This document shows positions 38,733 through 47,987 of a stretch of 64,000 bases of DNA, in pieces. The DNA lies in IMG/VR virus record IMGVR_UViG_3300011215_000001; one strand, written 5' to 3'. The first letter of the stretch is position 1. Every line of letters starts with the position of its first letter. The DNA is from an uncultured virus (IMG/VR IMGVR_UViG_3300011215_000001). Its lineage: Duplodnaviria > Heunggongvirae > Uroviricota > Caudoviricetes. Made by a program: the position numbers and the translations under genes. A model generated the notes under the pieces. That model had not been told where the DNA came from. It saw only the letters and a program-made list of their open reading frames with translations, and did not search any database.

Positions 38733-41028
38733 TCCTAATAGTAATAATAGAATTATCTTTCAAATAATTAACGTCTTTACTTCTCATCCACGATAAAACT
38801 CTGTTGTGCATTGGAGTGTATAATTTAGAGCCCAGAATCTTATAATCGTTTTTAGCACAAATCATATCTTTGTACATTCTCATTTGTTTCCAAAAATTAT
38901 AATAAGGTAATTTCAATTTTGTCATAAACCCTTTAGAGTCCTCGATTACAAAACCCTCATCTTCAATTGTGTTGTCATCTAATACTGACTTATACCAATT
39001 GTAGAAACTTACCCAATCGTTGTGAGTTACAATATGTTCTTTATGTTTAACCTGTAAGGCTTTAGCCAGATTTTTCACATCTTCATATGGCTTTTTGTTA
39101 AATTGAACTGTTCTATCAACAATATCTAAAAGAATTAAATCATCTTCTTTATATTCGATAATGTGTGGGTCAAATACAGGTGCAATTACTTCGAAAGTAA
39201 CTGAAACATTATTTAACTTGATGTATTCTTTTAAATATGCAAGTGTTTCTGGAGACATTTTTCTAACAATTATATGGTTAAAATAATCTGCATGTGCTTT
39301 TTGTGCATCTGATTTAGAACTAACTATTAAAGAATCACTCTCTTCATCATAACCAATTATCCCAAGGTATCCATTTGGCTTGCTATACACTTTTACAGGG
39401 AACACTAAGCCTTCTGCCAATGCATTGATTTTTGTCTCTTCTCGTTCTTGGATATTAAAGAATTTATCATATGAACGAGATACTATTTTTTTGGTTTCTT
39501 TGTTAATGAATAGACCTCTCGCTTTTACGATTAGTTCATCCCATACCTTTTTGTTAAATGCTTCTTTAGTAAAGTTGTAAGAATAGATATTATCACAAAC
39601 ATTCTTAGCTTTAATGTAATCACTACCCTCTAATAATTCCAATAATTCTTCTACTGAAATATCTTGAATGTTATGCATTAATGATTTCTTTATAATCGAT
39701 TCATTGAATACATTATTCTTTACTTCAATAAATTCAAAACCATTATCATCAAGTGTTACCACTCTTAAGTTCTTACCCATCTCAACTTGACCTTCAAGAT
39801 TGAAAGATGAATCAGTTGCTTTTGTTGGAAGTCTGTAAATATTTCTATGACCATGAATCTGATATGCATTAATGATTTTCTTGCCATTCCCATCAATATA
39901 AGTTTCATTCTTGTCCCATACATCATCAATATCTAAGTTATAGTCACCTACTCCCTTGATAAATTCAGTTGTTGCAATATCAAATAATTCATCTGGTAGT
40001 TTAGCTAATCCCCCATGTGTTACAAGTACAGTTTTACCATTGTATTCATAACATAATAGCTGTCTTAGCTTTCTATAAAATTGTCTTACTTCTGATTTAT
40101 ACTTACCTAGACTTTCATTGTCCAGTACTGTCTCAAAATATACTTCTGGTTTTTTACCTAATATTTTATTAAGCATTCGTTTTAGTGTATTCTTTTCTTC
40201 AACTATCTTCGGAACATTATAATAGAATGCTTCTTCAATTTCTTTTTGAGTATGTTCCTTGAATTGCTTACTGTTTATTGGTAAATCATGAGCCCAGTTA
40301 TTAATATGATGTTCGTGATTACCTTCTATGAAAATTACATTTGGTTTTTCCATAATCGAAACAAGGTAAATTAATGTTTGATAATTTTCAATACCTCTGT
40401 CTAAATAATCACCAACGAAAATGTATAACTCATCTTCTTTTAAGCCATCTTTTAGGTATTCTTGCAAAGCAGTATAACATCCATGAACATCACCTATATG
40501 ATGAATTTTCTTCCACTGATTTAAATTTTCCATTCTATAAGAAATTTCATTCTTCAATTCATGTGGCTTAACTACTTTAACCCACCCAGAAACTTTTTCA
40601 GTCTGCATTCTTTCATATGAATTCAGAATCGCCATTTCTGGAACTTTTTTATACTGCTCCCTTGTATTGTTTCGCTCTAACAAAACATCAAGTGGTACAT
40701 CAGAGAAGTCAACTACAATTACTCTGTAGCGATATTGTTTTACTAGCTTGCGGTATTTATTGATTGCTTCCATTTTTGCATGAGTAGCATCAACTACAGT
40801 TAGTTCCCCTCTACTCATTCTATCTTCAAGAACATTCATAAGAGTTTTCCATACTCTTGAATCATTCTTACCACTGATAGCTAATTCACCTGTGTCTGAC
40901 ATTATTGGTGATTGGTGCATTAGCCTAATTTCATCAGCACTTAACGTATATTGTTTTAAATTATTCTCAGCAATAAAAGTACTTTTTCCTGCACCCATAA
41001 CTCCACGCATTAATACTAAAGCTCGCAT
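38710..41028 (-). CDS. Polynucleotide kinase-phosphatase-RNA ligase fusion (RNA repair)
   Basis: G.MGAGKST and DATH kinase; GDVHG, GDYLDRG, GNHE, HGG, HGH metallophosphoesterase; ARG, KFFN, KPNG, FE, EGFV, K.K Rnl1-type ligase. Confidence 0.9.
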   Translation of the reverse strand: MRALVLMRGVMGAGKSTFIAENNLKQYTLSADEIRLMHQSPIMSDTGELAISGKNDSRVWKTLMNVLEDRMSRGELTVVDATHAKMEAINKYRKLVKQYRYRVIVVDFSDVPLDVLLERNNTREQYKKVPEMAILNSYERMQTEKVSGWVKVVKPHELKNEISYRMENLNQWKKIHHIGDVHGCYTALQEYLKDGLKEDELYIFVGDYLDRGIENYQTLIYLVSIMEKPNVIFIEGNHEHHINNWAHDLPINSKQFKEHTQKEIEEAFYYNVPKIVEEKNTLKRMLNKILGKKPEVYFETVLDNESLGKYKSEVRQFYRKLRQLLCYEYNGKTVLVTHGGLAKLPDELFDIATTEFIKGVGDYNLDIDDVWDKNETYIDGNGKKIINAYQIHGHRNIYRLPTKATDSSFNLEGQVEMGKNLRVVTLDDNGFEFIEVKNNVFNESIIKKSLMHNIQDISVEELLELLEGSDYIKAKNVCDNIYSYNFTKEAFNKKVWDELIVKARGLFINKETKKIVSRSYDKFFNIQEREETKINALAEGLVFPVKVYSKPNGYLGIIGYDEESDSLIVSSKSDAQKAHADYFNHIIVRKMSPETLAYLKEYIKLNNVSVTFEVIAPVFDPHIIEYKEDDLILLDIVDRTVQFNKKPYEDVKNLAKALQVKHKEHIVTHNDWVSFYNWYKSVLDDNTIEDEGFVIEDSKGFMTKLKLPYYNFWKQMRMYKDMICAKNDYKILGSKLYTPMHNRVLSWMRSKDVNYLKDNSIITIRNDFYKEN

Positions 41029-41038
41029 GATTTCCCTC

Positions 41039-41158
41039 CTAGTTAAGATTTGTTAAATATTGCATTATTTTATATAAAACATATATACAGATTAGAAGAA
41101 TACATATGCATCCAAACAAAACTGAAAAATAGATAATTTTATCTTTTTTAGTAAACAT
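41039..41158 (-). CDS. 39-aa membrane peptide (not in ORF track)
   Basis: MFTKKDKIIYFSVLFGCICILLICIYVLYK...; AAGGA RBS. Confidence 0.5.
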   Translation of the reverse strand: MFTKKDKIIYFSVLFGCICILLICIYVLYKIMQYLTNLN

Positions 41159-41179
41159 TTTTATTCCTTTGTCTAATTG

Positions 41180-41195
41180 TACTTTATTTAGTATT
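41180..41195 (-). promoter_or_regulatory. Element A, exact
   Basis: Overlaps the stop of the nucleotidyltransferase gene. Confidence 0.8.
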
Positions 41196-41933
41196 CATAT
41201 AGCGAGTGTTAAAATCTGTTAACCACTCATTAATAAAACTTTCATCTGGACTATTTGGTAATATAGAATTGTCATATGCTATTTGCAATTGTTGTTCTAA
41301 CTCTTCAATATATACCAATGCTTCCTCTAGAGAATGAGAGCCCTTTCGTAAGCCTATAAGAAATTCTGCATTTGGACGCTTTACTTTCATCTCGCCTGTA
41401 GTCAAAATTTCTATAGCCATTTGCAATAATCGTACAGTATGCATGAAGAACTTAGTGTCATACCCATATACTTCAACTAATTCTGTACGATGCTTTTGCA
41501 TCTTTTGAGCTTGTGATTTTGCATAACCTCCAAACTTTTTCATGATTTGTTTAGAAAGAAAATGCTGTCTCATATTAATTAATTCTAGTCCAAATGTTTT
41601 ATCAATATAGATATAATCACTAGAATCAAGGAAAAGTAGCTCTAGATTGTTTGGTACACCAACGATAGCATCTCTAACAAATTTGTTGATATGAATAATC
41701 GTTACATCTATATCGCCAGATTTATTCTTATAATTTTTACCACCTGTTTTATCGTAACCTTCAAAAGACTTTAAACCTAAGAAATAATCTGTTGGGGGAA
41801 CACATACCCCTTTATAATCAAAATCGCTTAATTCTGTAGCAGTACCATAAGCATGACTACCATTTCGCCCTAATAATATCGTATTGCTCTTAAGCCATTC
41901 TGGTTCATTAAAAACCAAGTCTTTTAGCTCCAT
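41184..41933 (-). CDS. Pol-beta-superfamily nucleotidyltransferase (RlaP/YcgL-like)
   Basis: GSHAYG.A...SD.D.KG, KF....G.PN.LE.L, YD.K...H.VRLL. Confidence 0.85.
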   Translation of the reverse strand: MELKDLVFNEPEWLKSNTILLGRNGSHAYGTATELSDFDYKGVCVPPTDYFLGLKSFEGYDKTGGKNYKNKSGDIDVTIIHINKFVRDAIVGVPNNLELLFLDSSDYIYIDKTFGLELINMRQHFLSKQIMKKFGGYAKSQAQKMQKHRTELVEVYGYDTKFFMHTVRLLQMAIEILTTGEMKVKRPNAEFLIGLRKGSHSLEEALVYIEELEQQLQIAYDNSILPNSPDESFINEWLTDFNTRYMNTK

Positions 41934-41949
41934 ACTGCTCTCCTTTATA

Positions 41950-42396
41950 CTAATATTCAGTCCAATCTTTTAAATAACCCAGTACTACACTCCAAGGTAA
42001 ATATCCAAATTCTGTACGTTCTATTTCATGCTCTTTTGTTCTGATTTTTAGTTCTTTTAATCCATCAGTTTCATATACATCCAAGATTAGACTTCCAGTT
42101 AAATCATATCTTCTGCCAAAGAACCCATTGCAGTAGAAGCTTATGATTTGCTCTCCAATAAATTTTTTACATTCTTGTCTAACAGATAAGTCTTTTTCTA
42201 GTTCACAAGTTAACTCGTTTAGTAAATCAATTTTTTCTTTATTTAAAGGCTCATCTATAGATAATTCCTTAATTTTTTTATTGATAATTTCTAGCAAAAA
42301 GACCTCTCCTTTTTTAAATGAAATCACTGTTTCATTTACCTTGATACATGTTATTTTGAAAGATGTAAAATTGATGAAATGTTTTCTTTCATGCAA
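41950..42396 (-). CDS. Hypothetical protein (true start likely near 42297)
   Basis: AAAGGAGAGG precedes an internal TTG. Confidence 0.5.
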   Translation of the reverse strand: MHERKHFINFTSFKITCIKVNETVISFKKGEVFLLEIINKKIKELSIDEPLNKEKIDLLNELTCELEKDLSVRQECKKFIGEQIISFYCNGFFGRRYDLTGSLILDVYETDGLKELKIRTKEHEIERTEFGYLPWSVVLGYLKDWTEY

Positions 42397-42557
42397 TGTA
42401 AATCTGTACTACGTTCTTGTTCGATTGATATTGAGTCATAATCTTTGTTAGCATACAATTCATCTAATCGTATGTTTGACAGATGAATTTCTCTATTTAT
42501 GTCCTCTAGTAGAGTTTTTGCTTTTGCTTGTATTTGAGGATTTACTTTATAATTCAT
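42351..42557 (-). CDS. Hypothetical protein
   Basis: 68-aa ORF. Confidence 0.45.
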   Translation of the reverse strand: MNYKVNPQIQAKAKTLLEDINREIHLSNIRLDELYANKDYDSISIEQERSTDLHCMKENISSILHLSK

Positions 42558-42563
42558 TGTACT

Positions 42564-42815
42564 TTATTCACCTTTACTAGTTATTGCGTAAAACTTTATT
42601 CTATGTTTCAAATAAGATAGAAAAGACTCTTCAAGTTTATCCTTGGAGTAAAAGTCTAATCTAAGCCAACCATAACAGTCACCACATTTACATTTTGAAA
42701 ATCTAACAGGTTGACCATAGCCATCTGTGCCAATAAAGTCAACTTTAGGTTCTTTTTTTACACTGAGAACCTCACTCTCATCACAATTAGGACACCATTT
42801 ATATATTTGCATCAT
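42564..42815 (-). CDS. Zinc-ribbon-like protein
   Basis: CPNC...CKCG. Confidence 0.5.
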   Translation of the reverse strand: MMQIYKWCPNCDESEVLSVKKEPKVDFIGTDGYGQPVRFSKCKCGDCYGWLRLDFYSKDKLEESFLSYLKHRIKFYAITSKGE

Positions 42816-42827
42816 TTACTCCAACCT

Positions 42828-43082
42828 TTATTGAAAAATTGCACCTAGACCTTCGATATTTCTATTGTTGTTAATGTGAATCTCTGGATAAATATAAGTT
42901 TCACTGTTACGCACAAACCACTTCATGCCTTTCTCATCTACACAAGTCATCTTGAAGCCTTGATTTTGTAGAAAACGAATAGCGTCATCTAATCTTGAAA
43001 AGTGTCGTTTTTTTGTTCTTGTAGGCATAATAGTAGAAACAATAAAGTATTGGCTTCCTGTTTTAATAGTTGCATGTATCAT
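42828..43082 (-). CDS. Hypothetical protein
   Basis: ORF with GGGAG RBS. Confidence 0.5.
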   Translation of the reverse strand: MIHATIKTGSQYFIVSTIMPTRTKKRHFSRLDDAIRFLQNQGFKMTCVDEKGMKWFVRNSETYIYPEIHINNNRNIEGLGAIFQ

Positions 43083-43097
43083 TTAAATCTCTCCCAA

Positions 43098-43448
43098 TTA
43101 CAAGTTTATTTTTCCATCCCATCCTTGCAGTTCATTGATGGATTCCTCAGTTTTACTTTCTGACTCTATTTCTTCAAAGTATCTTGTGAATGCTCGTTTA
43201 ACATATCTTTCAAAGTTAGCTATATCAGAGTAAAACGAATAGAATTTGTCTTTATCTACAGTTAACGTTTCAGTAGTGAATATTTTCTTGTAGTACTTGA
43301 TAAATTTAAATAAAGTGATTTCTTTATAAATACTGACTTCATGTGTGTATCCAAAAAGCCCTTGAACCTCTACTACATGTGCTGAATACTTTCCTTCTTT
43401 ATCATTAATGATAATATTATCTTTCTTGATACTCTTGCTCACATACAT
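43098..43448 (-). CDS. Hypothetical protein
   Basis: ORF with AAGGAGG RBS. Confidence 0.55.
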   Translation of the reverse strand: MYVSKSIKKDNIIINDKEGKYSAHVVEVQGLFGYTHEVSIYKEITLFKFIKYYKKIFTTETLTVDKDKFYSFYSDIANFERYVKRAFTRYFEEIESESKTEESINELQGWDGKINL

Positions 43449-43570
43449 TCTCTAAGTCCTCCTTATCCCACTCAAACAAATTAATATCCTCTTCGCAATT
43501 AATACAACGAACAATTATATTTCCTACATATAAAACGAAATTTAACTTACAAAGAGGACATCTTTTTAAT

Positions 43571-44149
43571 TCATTGTTCATCTTTGGAGTGACTTCTCAT
43601 TTCTTCTGAAATCTCATTAAATATCATTTCATTGGTTCTACAGATGATTGTATGTAACAGAGGGTCTTTAGCTTTTGTAATCTCATCAAAACTAACCCAT
43701 TTACAGAAAGAGCCTTCCTCACCTAATGTTCCATCTCCTACAGCATCAGTCTTGATGAAATCCTTGTCTAGTCTCACAGTGAATAAATGAGTAGTTGTAT
43801 CAGATGATTTGCTTGGTCTAACAGTACCAAGGTAAACCAAGTTTTTATTGTCAACCACATAACCAGATTCTTCAATCAATTCTCTCCTTGCTGTGAATAC
43901 AGGACTTTCACTTTCTTTGTCCATTCCTCCAGTGATAGAACATAATTCCAATTCATCACTATGAGCAGGGCAAATTTCAAACCTACCTAAGAACTCTAAT
44001 CTACTATTAGCTGTAAATCTGTAGGGTAATATCGCTATGCCCTCACAATTACACCAAATAGATTGTGAGTATACATACTTTCCACCATTATCTGTAGTTT
44101 TTTCTACTACACTAATCCACTCATTAGAAAATAACTTTTTCAACATCAA
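43571..44149 (-). CDS. Nudix hydrolase
   Basis: GG.....E....TARRELIEESGY Nudix box. Confidence 0.9.
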   Translation of the reverse strand: MMLKKLFSNEWISVVEKTTDNGGKYVYSQSIWCNCEGIAILPYRFTANSRLEFLGRFEICPAHSDELELCSITGGMDKESESPVFTARRELIEESGYVVDNKNLVYLGTVRPSKSSDTTTHLFTVRLDKDFIKTDAVGDGTLGEEGSFCKWVSFDEITKAKDPLLHTIICRTNEMIFNEISEEMRSHSKDEQ

Positions 44150-45186
44150 TACTCTCCTTTGAGCATGTCATCTACTGCACTTACAGCTTTATTAAGTCTT
44201 TCGTTATAGTTTCCACTTATTGAAATATAATCTACACCAAATTCACTTAATAATGCTTTTAGGATATTATTGTTGCCTTCTCTAGTCTTTTCATTCCCAA
44301 AGCTTCTTGTTCCATCATCAACCCATTTTACATCTGGTTCAAGGAACAACCACAAATCATACTTTTGAATCTTAGCGATTTCTGTTAAAACCTTCTGTCT
44401 AGTATCTAAGTAAGCCATTGAGAAGAATTGCGTTACAATTGCTTCTGTATCGATAAATAAAAGCTTGTTTGCATGTTCTGATTGTTTGTCCTCATGATAT
44501 TTATGTTCATATGCGATTCGAGGATAATCACTAGCAATTGTTACATCTTCACAGCCACCTATTCTTTCATAAAAAGTTCTACCAAACTCTTCTACATAGG
44601 TAGTGTTATACATTCGAGCTAGATTTTTTACGAGAGTACTTTTACCAGTTGATTCAGTACCAACAACGACTACTCTCTTAACAAAATGTGGTCTAATGTT
44701 TAAAGGTATCATTTCCCAATTTTTCAAGATACCTTCTTGTCTAATTTTAGTACCAGATATAGGATAAGCTACTCTATTTTCATCTATGATTATATGTTCT
44801 GCATTTCTATATAGAAATTTAAATACATCTGTATATGTATGTTCTGAGCTAAACACTGTATCTATTTCTTTGCCAACAGCATCTTGAATTCCAAGTGAGC
44901 CTTGATACCAGTCATTAAGGCTTCCTGTTTGTTTTTCATATACTGCATGTACATGAACATGAGGCATATCCTTAACAATTTCTCGCCACCATCTTACACG
45001 CATTTCAAATGAAATATGCTGTACCTTGCTCTTTTCGGATAATACTGTACGCTCATATTCATCATCATATGATACGATAACATGTAATTCTTCAACCATT
45101 GTTGATGCCTTAATCATTGCGTAAAGATGTCCCATGTGTGGTAGAGGATAAAACTTCCCACCATAAAAACCTACTTTTCTTTTCAT
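44146..45186 (-). CDS. nadR: NadR-type NMN adenylyltransferase / ribosylnicotinamide kinase (no HTH)
   Basis: GKFYP..HMGH, ISGT.IR, GTESTGKSTL, EFGR, W.DDG.R. Confidence 0.93.
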   Translation of the reverse strand: MKRKVGFYGGKFYPLPHMGHLYAMIKASTMVEELHVIVSYDDEYERTVLSEKSKVQHISFEMRVRWWREIVKDMPHVHVHAVYEKQTGSLNDWYQGSLGIQDAVGKEIDTVFSSEHTYTDVFKFLYRNAEHIIIDENRVAYPISGTKIRQEGILKNWEMIPLNIRPHFVKRVVVVGTESTGKSTLVKNLARMYNTTYVEEFGRTFYERIGGCEDVTIASDYPRIAYEHKYHEDKQSEHANKLLFIDTEAIVTQFFSMAYLDTRQKVLTEIAKIQKYDLWLFLEPDVKWVDDGTRSFGNEKTREGNNNILKALLSEFGVDYISISGNYNERLNKAVSAVDDMLKGEY

Positions 45187-45838
45187 TATTTAACCTCCTG
45201 CTGTTGTCTGTATTCTTTGCTCCACTTCCAATATGCATAGACACTATTAAATAAAAATGCACTCCACATAACTAACATTGACCAATCATTGCCACCTGTT
45301 GATGTCAGAGCAACAATCCATAGAATAATTGTTAAAACATTTACTGTTATCCAAAGTATCCATTGTTCAACATATCTTTTAATCATTAGAACTTGTGCAA
45401 AGATAGAGATTACTACAGCCAATGAATCAATACGAACTTGTTGACCACCAATAACACTTAAGAATTCTGCATATACAATAGATGCAATTATCACAAGGAC
45501 AATTAATACACCCCANNNNNNNNNNNNNNNNNNNNNNNNNNNNNNNNNNNNNNNNNNNNNNNNNNNNNNNNNNNNNNNNNNNNNNNNNNNNNNNNNNNNN
45601 NNNNNNNNNNNNNNNNNNNNNNNNNNNNNNNNNNNNNNNNNNNNNNNNNNNNNNNNNNNNNNNNNNNNNNNNNNNNNNNNNNNNNNNNNNNNNNNNNNNN
45701 NNNNNNNNNNNNNNNNNNNNNNNNNNNNNNNNNNCTTATTAAACCAATTAGTGTATCATCCCAAACGAAGAACAAAAATAGATTTATCAAAGTAAATACT
45801 GATAGCCACACTTTTTCAAATGTAGTCCAATTCTTCAA
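45186..45838 (-). CDS. pnuC: Nicotinamide riboside transporter PnuC (centre lost in an N-gap)
   Basis: WT.FEK.WL N-terminus; IDSL...SIFAQ.LM.KRY.EQW.LWI.VN, N.VY.Y..W; adjacent to nadR. Confidence 0.88.
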
Positions 45839-45859
45839 TCGTAGCCCTCCTACATATAG

Positions 45860-45905
45860 TACTTTATTTAGTATTCATTATAATACTTTATTTAGTATTT
45901 GTCCA
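45860..45905 (-). promoter_or_regulatory. Sigma-A promoter of pnuC-nadR-nudix with two exact element A copies
   Basis: TGGACA-AATACTAAATAAAGTAT-TATAAT-G-AATACTAAATAAAGTA. Confidence 0.85.
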
Positions 45906-45923
45906 TAAAAAAAGAGAGAAATT

Positions 45924-46145
45924 TTACTTTCTCTCTTCTTGCCTATCGGAAGACCAATCTATAAAATGTTGAACATCCTTTGAATCGTCCCAATCAAAAT
46001 TGTTGTTATATTCATAATCATCTTCTCGGTTATCTTTGATAATTGATGGTATTACAATAAATAACAAGACTGCAATAAAGAAAATAAGTGCTCCTATCCT
46101 ATACTTTCTTTCTCTCCTTCTCTCTTCTTCTGTTACTTTATTCAT
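45924..46145 (-). CDS. Small single-TM protein
   Basis: IGALIFFIAVLLFIVIPSII. Confidence 0.55.
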   Translation of the reverse strand: MNKVTEEERRRERKYRIGALIFFIAVLLFIVIPSIIKDNREDDYEYNNNFDWDDSKDVQHFIDWSSDRQEERK

Positions 46146-46189
46146 AAACCATCACCCACCTGTAGAAGTTGTATAACAAAAATTTCCTT

Positions 46190-46441
46190 TTATCCAATAT
46201 TTAAATTATCAAAAAATTCATTTAATTTGTTGTTATCTATTCCATTCACCATAGCGATTACTTCATCTTCATCACTATATGCAACAAGAACAGGGACACC
46301 CATAACACCTAAATTTATTGCTAAAGTTGGGTCTTGTTCTACATTAACTTTTTTATCAACTTTAATATTTCTATTTTCTAGTATTTCATCTAATATATCA
46401 CACTTCGAGCATTTTGTACCCTCTAATTTTACTAATTTCAT
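46190..46441 (-). CDS. Thioredoxin/glutaredoxin-like protein
   Basis: CSKC, GVMGVPVL; in the nrd cluster. Confidence 0.8.
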   Translation of the reverse strand: MKLVKLEGTKCSKCDILDEILENRNIKVDKKVNVEQDPTLAINLGVMGVPVLVAYSDEDEVIAMVNGIDNNKLNEFFDNLNIG

Positions 46442-46884
46442 TCTAAACCCAACCTTTTTATAAATTTTTTTATTCTTTCATGGTCATTCCCATTAGGATT
46501 CAATTCTATTTTCAACTTACATTCAACCTTCCCAAAGCAACTAAATATTGATGTCATCTTATCAACAGCACCACAAAATTCATCATATGTAGTGTCACCA
46601 GAGCCAAATACACCTATTATTGTATCAATAGTATGATTTGGGTTCTGTTCAAAGTACTCTGTGAAAGCTACCATAAACCTTGAAACTCTTACAGGCAAAT
46701 CACCATTTCCCCATGTATATGTTCCAAAAATCACAGCATCATATTCATTTATTTTTCTAAAATCAAAAGCCTCATATTTGAAGATATCAACAAAATATGC
46801 ATCATTTACATTTTCGGCAATATTAAACATTATTTCTTTTGTATTTCCTGTTATACTCTCATAAACTATTGCAATCTTTTTCAC
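46438..46884 (-). CDS. Flavodoxin
   Basis: YES.TGNT, GTYTWGNGDLP, VFGSGD..Y..FCGAVD. Confidence 0.92.
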   Translation of the reverse strand: MKKIAIVYESITGNTKEIMFNIAENVNDAYFVDIFKYEAFDFRKINEYDAVIFGTYTWGNGDLPVRVSRFMVAFTEYFEQNPNHTIDTIIGVFGSGDTTYDEFCGAVDKMTSIFSCFGKVECKLKIELNPNGNDHERIKKFIKRLGLE

Positions 46885-47924
46885 TACAAATCATCTACTT
46901 CATCATCTAATTTTGAGTATGCATTTAGCTTTTGCTCAAAGAAATCTTTTTTACTATTGTTTACATTTTCGTATGCAGTAATCCAAGGCATTGGATTCTT
47001 TTCTCCTACTTCATAAAGGTTGTCTAAACCTAGTTGGCGTAAACGCTTGTTGGCAGTATATTGAATGTATTGTTCTAGTTCATATAAATCAATGTGTTCT
47101 ACATCTGAAAGTGTTTTTCTAGCCCACTCAATTTCATGATGTACAGCTTTATCAATTGTTTCATAAACCCATTTAGCATTTTCCTCAGTATTTAATTCTG
47201 GATTCTCAGCTAGAATGATTCTGTATAATTGTGAACCAAAATAACAATGTTGTAATTCATCACGTTGAATAAATTCTATAATTGTAGATGTCCCTAACAT
47301 CTTACCTCTTCGAGCTAAAGCATAGAAGAAAGCAAATCCTACAATGAAGTTGATGCCTTCTAAAATTGTACTTCCAACTAAAAACTTCAATAGATTTTCT
47401 TTTGTTTGGTTTTCGTTAAATTGTTCGTACAAATCAAATACAATTTTGTTTCTTGCAATTAATGTTTCATCTGTTTTTGGCATATCAAGAATTTCTTTTT
47501 GTTCATGTTGTGGGGCAATAGAGCTAAGTATGTACGCATAACTTTGATTATGTACGCTTTCCATGAAGGCGATATTAGATAAAATCGCTCGTACTGAGCT
47601 GTCGCTAAAGTATTTCCCAATATCAGTTATTGATACAGTTTGAATGCTGTCTAAAACTGAAAGTAACCCAATTGTCTTTTTAAATGCCATTCTTTCTGCA
47701 TCACTTAAAGCTAACCATTGATTTCTGTCTTCCTTCAAATTAACTTCCTCTGGTTTCCAGAAGTTGTCTCTTAACACCTTGTAAATCTGATAGAACTGTG
47801 GATAGGCAATATCATCCCAATTAAGTAAGCCAGAACATTGACCACCAATTAACTTCGTGGATTTATTAGGCTCATCCTCAATAAATACTCTAACCCTTGT
47901 TGATAATTTTTCTTTTACATACAT
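46884..47924 (-). CDS. nrdB: Ribonucleotide reductase beta subunit
   Basis: NFW.PEE, LDSIQ, E.VH..SY, EGI.F, RDE..H, DFFE. Confidence 0.95.
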   Translation of the reverse strand: MYVKEKLSTRVRVFIEDEPNKSTKLIGGQCSGLLNWDDIAYPQFYQIYKVLRDNFWKPEEVNLKEDRNQWLALSDAERMAFKKTIGLLSVLDSIQTVSITDIGKYFSDSSVRAILSNIAFMESVHNQSYAYILSSIAPQHEQKEILDMPKTDETLIARNKIVFDLYEQFNENQTKENLLKFLVGSTILEGINFIVGFAFFYALARRGKMLGTSTIIEFIQRDELQHCYFGSQLYRIILAENPELNTEENAKWVYETIDKAVHHEIEWARKTLSDVEHIDLYELEQYIQYTANKRLRQLGLDNLYEVGEKNPMPWITAYENVNNSKKDFFEQKLNAYSKLDDEVDDL

Positions 47925-47971
47925 TCAATTCTCTCCCTTTTTTATTAGAATAAAGTACATTTATATAACTG

Positions 47972-47987
47972 TACTTTATTTAGTATT
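47972..47987 (-). promoter_or_regulatory. Element A, exact, with an inverted partial copy at 47949-47959
   Basis: nrdA-nrdB junction; AATAAAGTACA / TGTACTTTATT. Confidence 0.8.

Noticed and set aside
45186..45838. Two separate membrane genes or a pnuC pseudogene
   Set aside because: The break coincides with the N-gap 45516-45734 of uncertain true length
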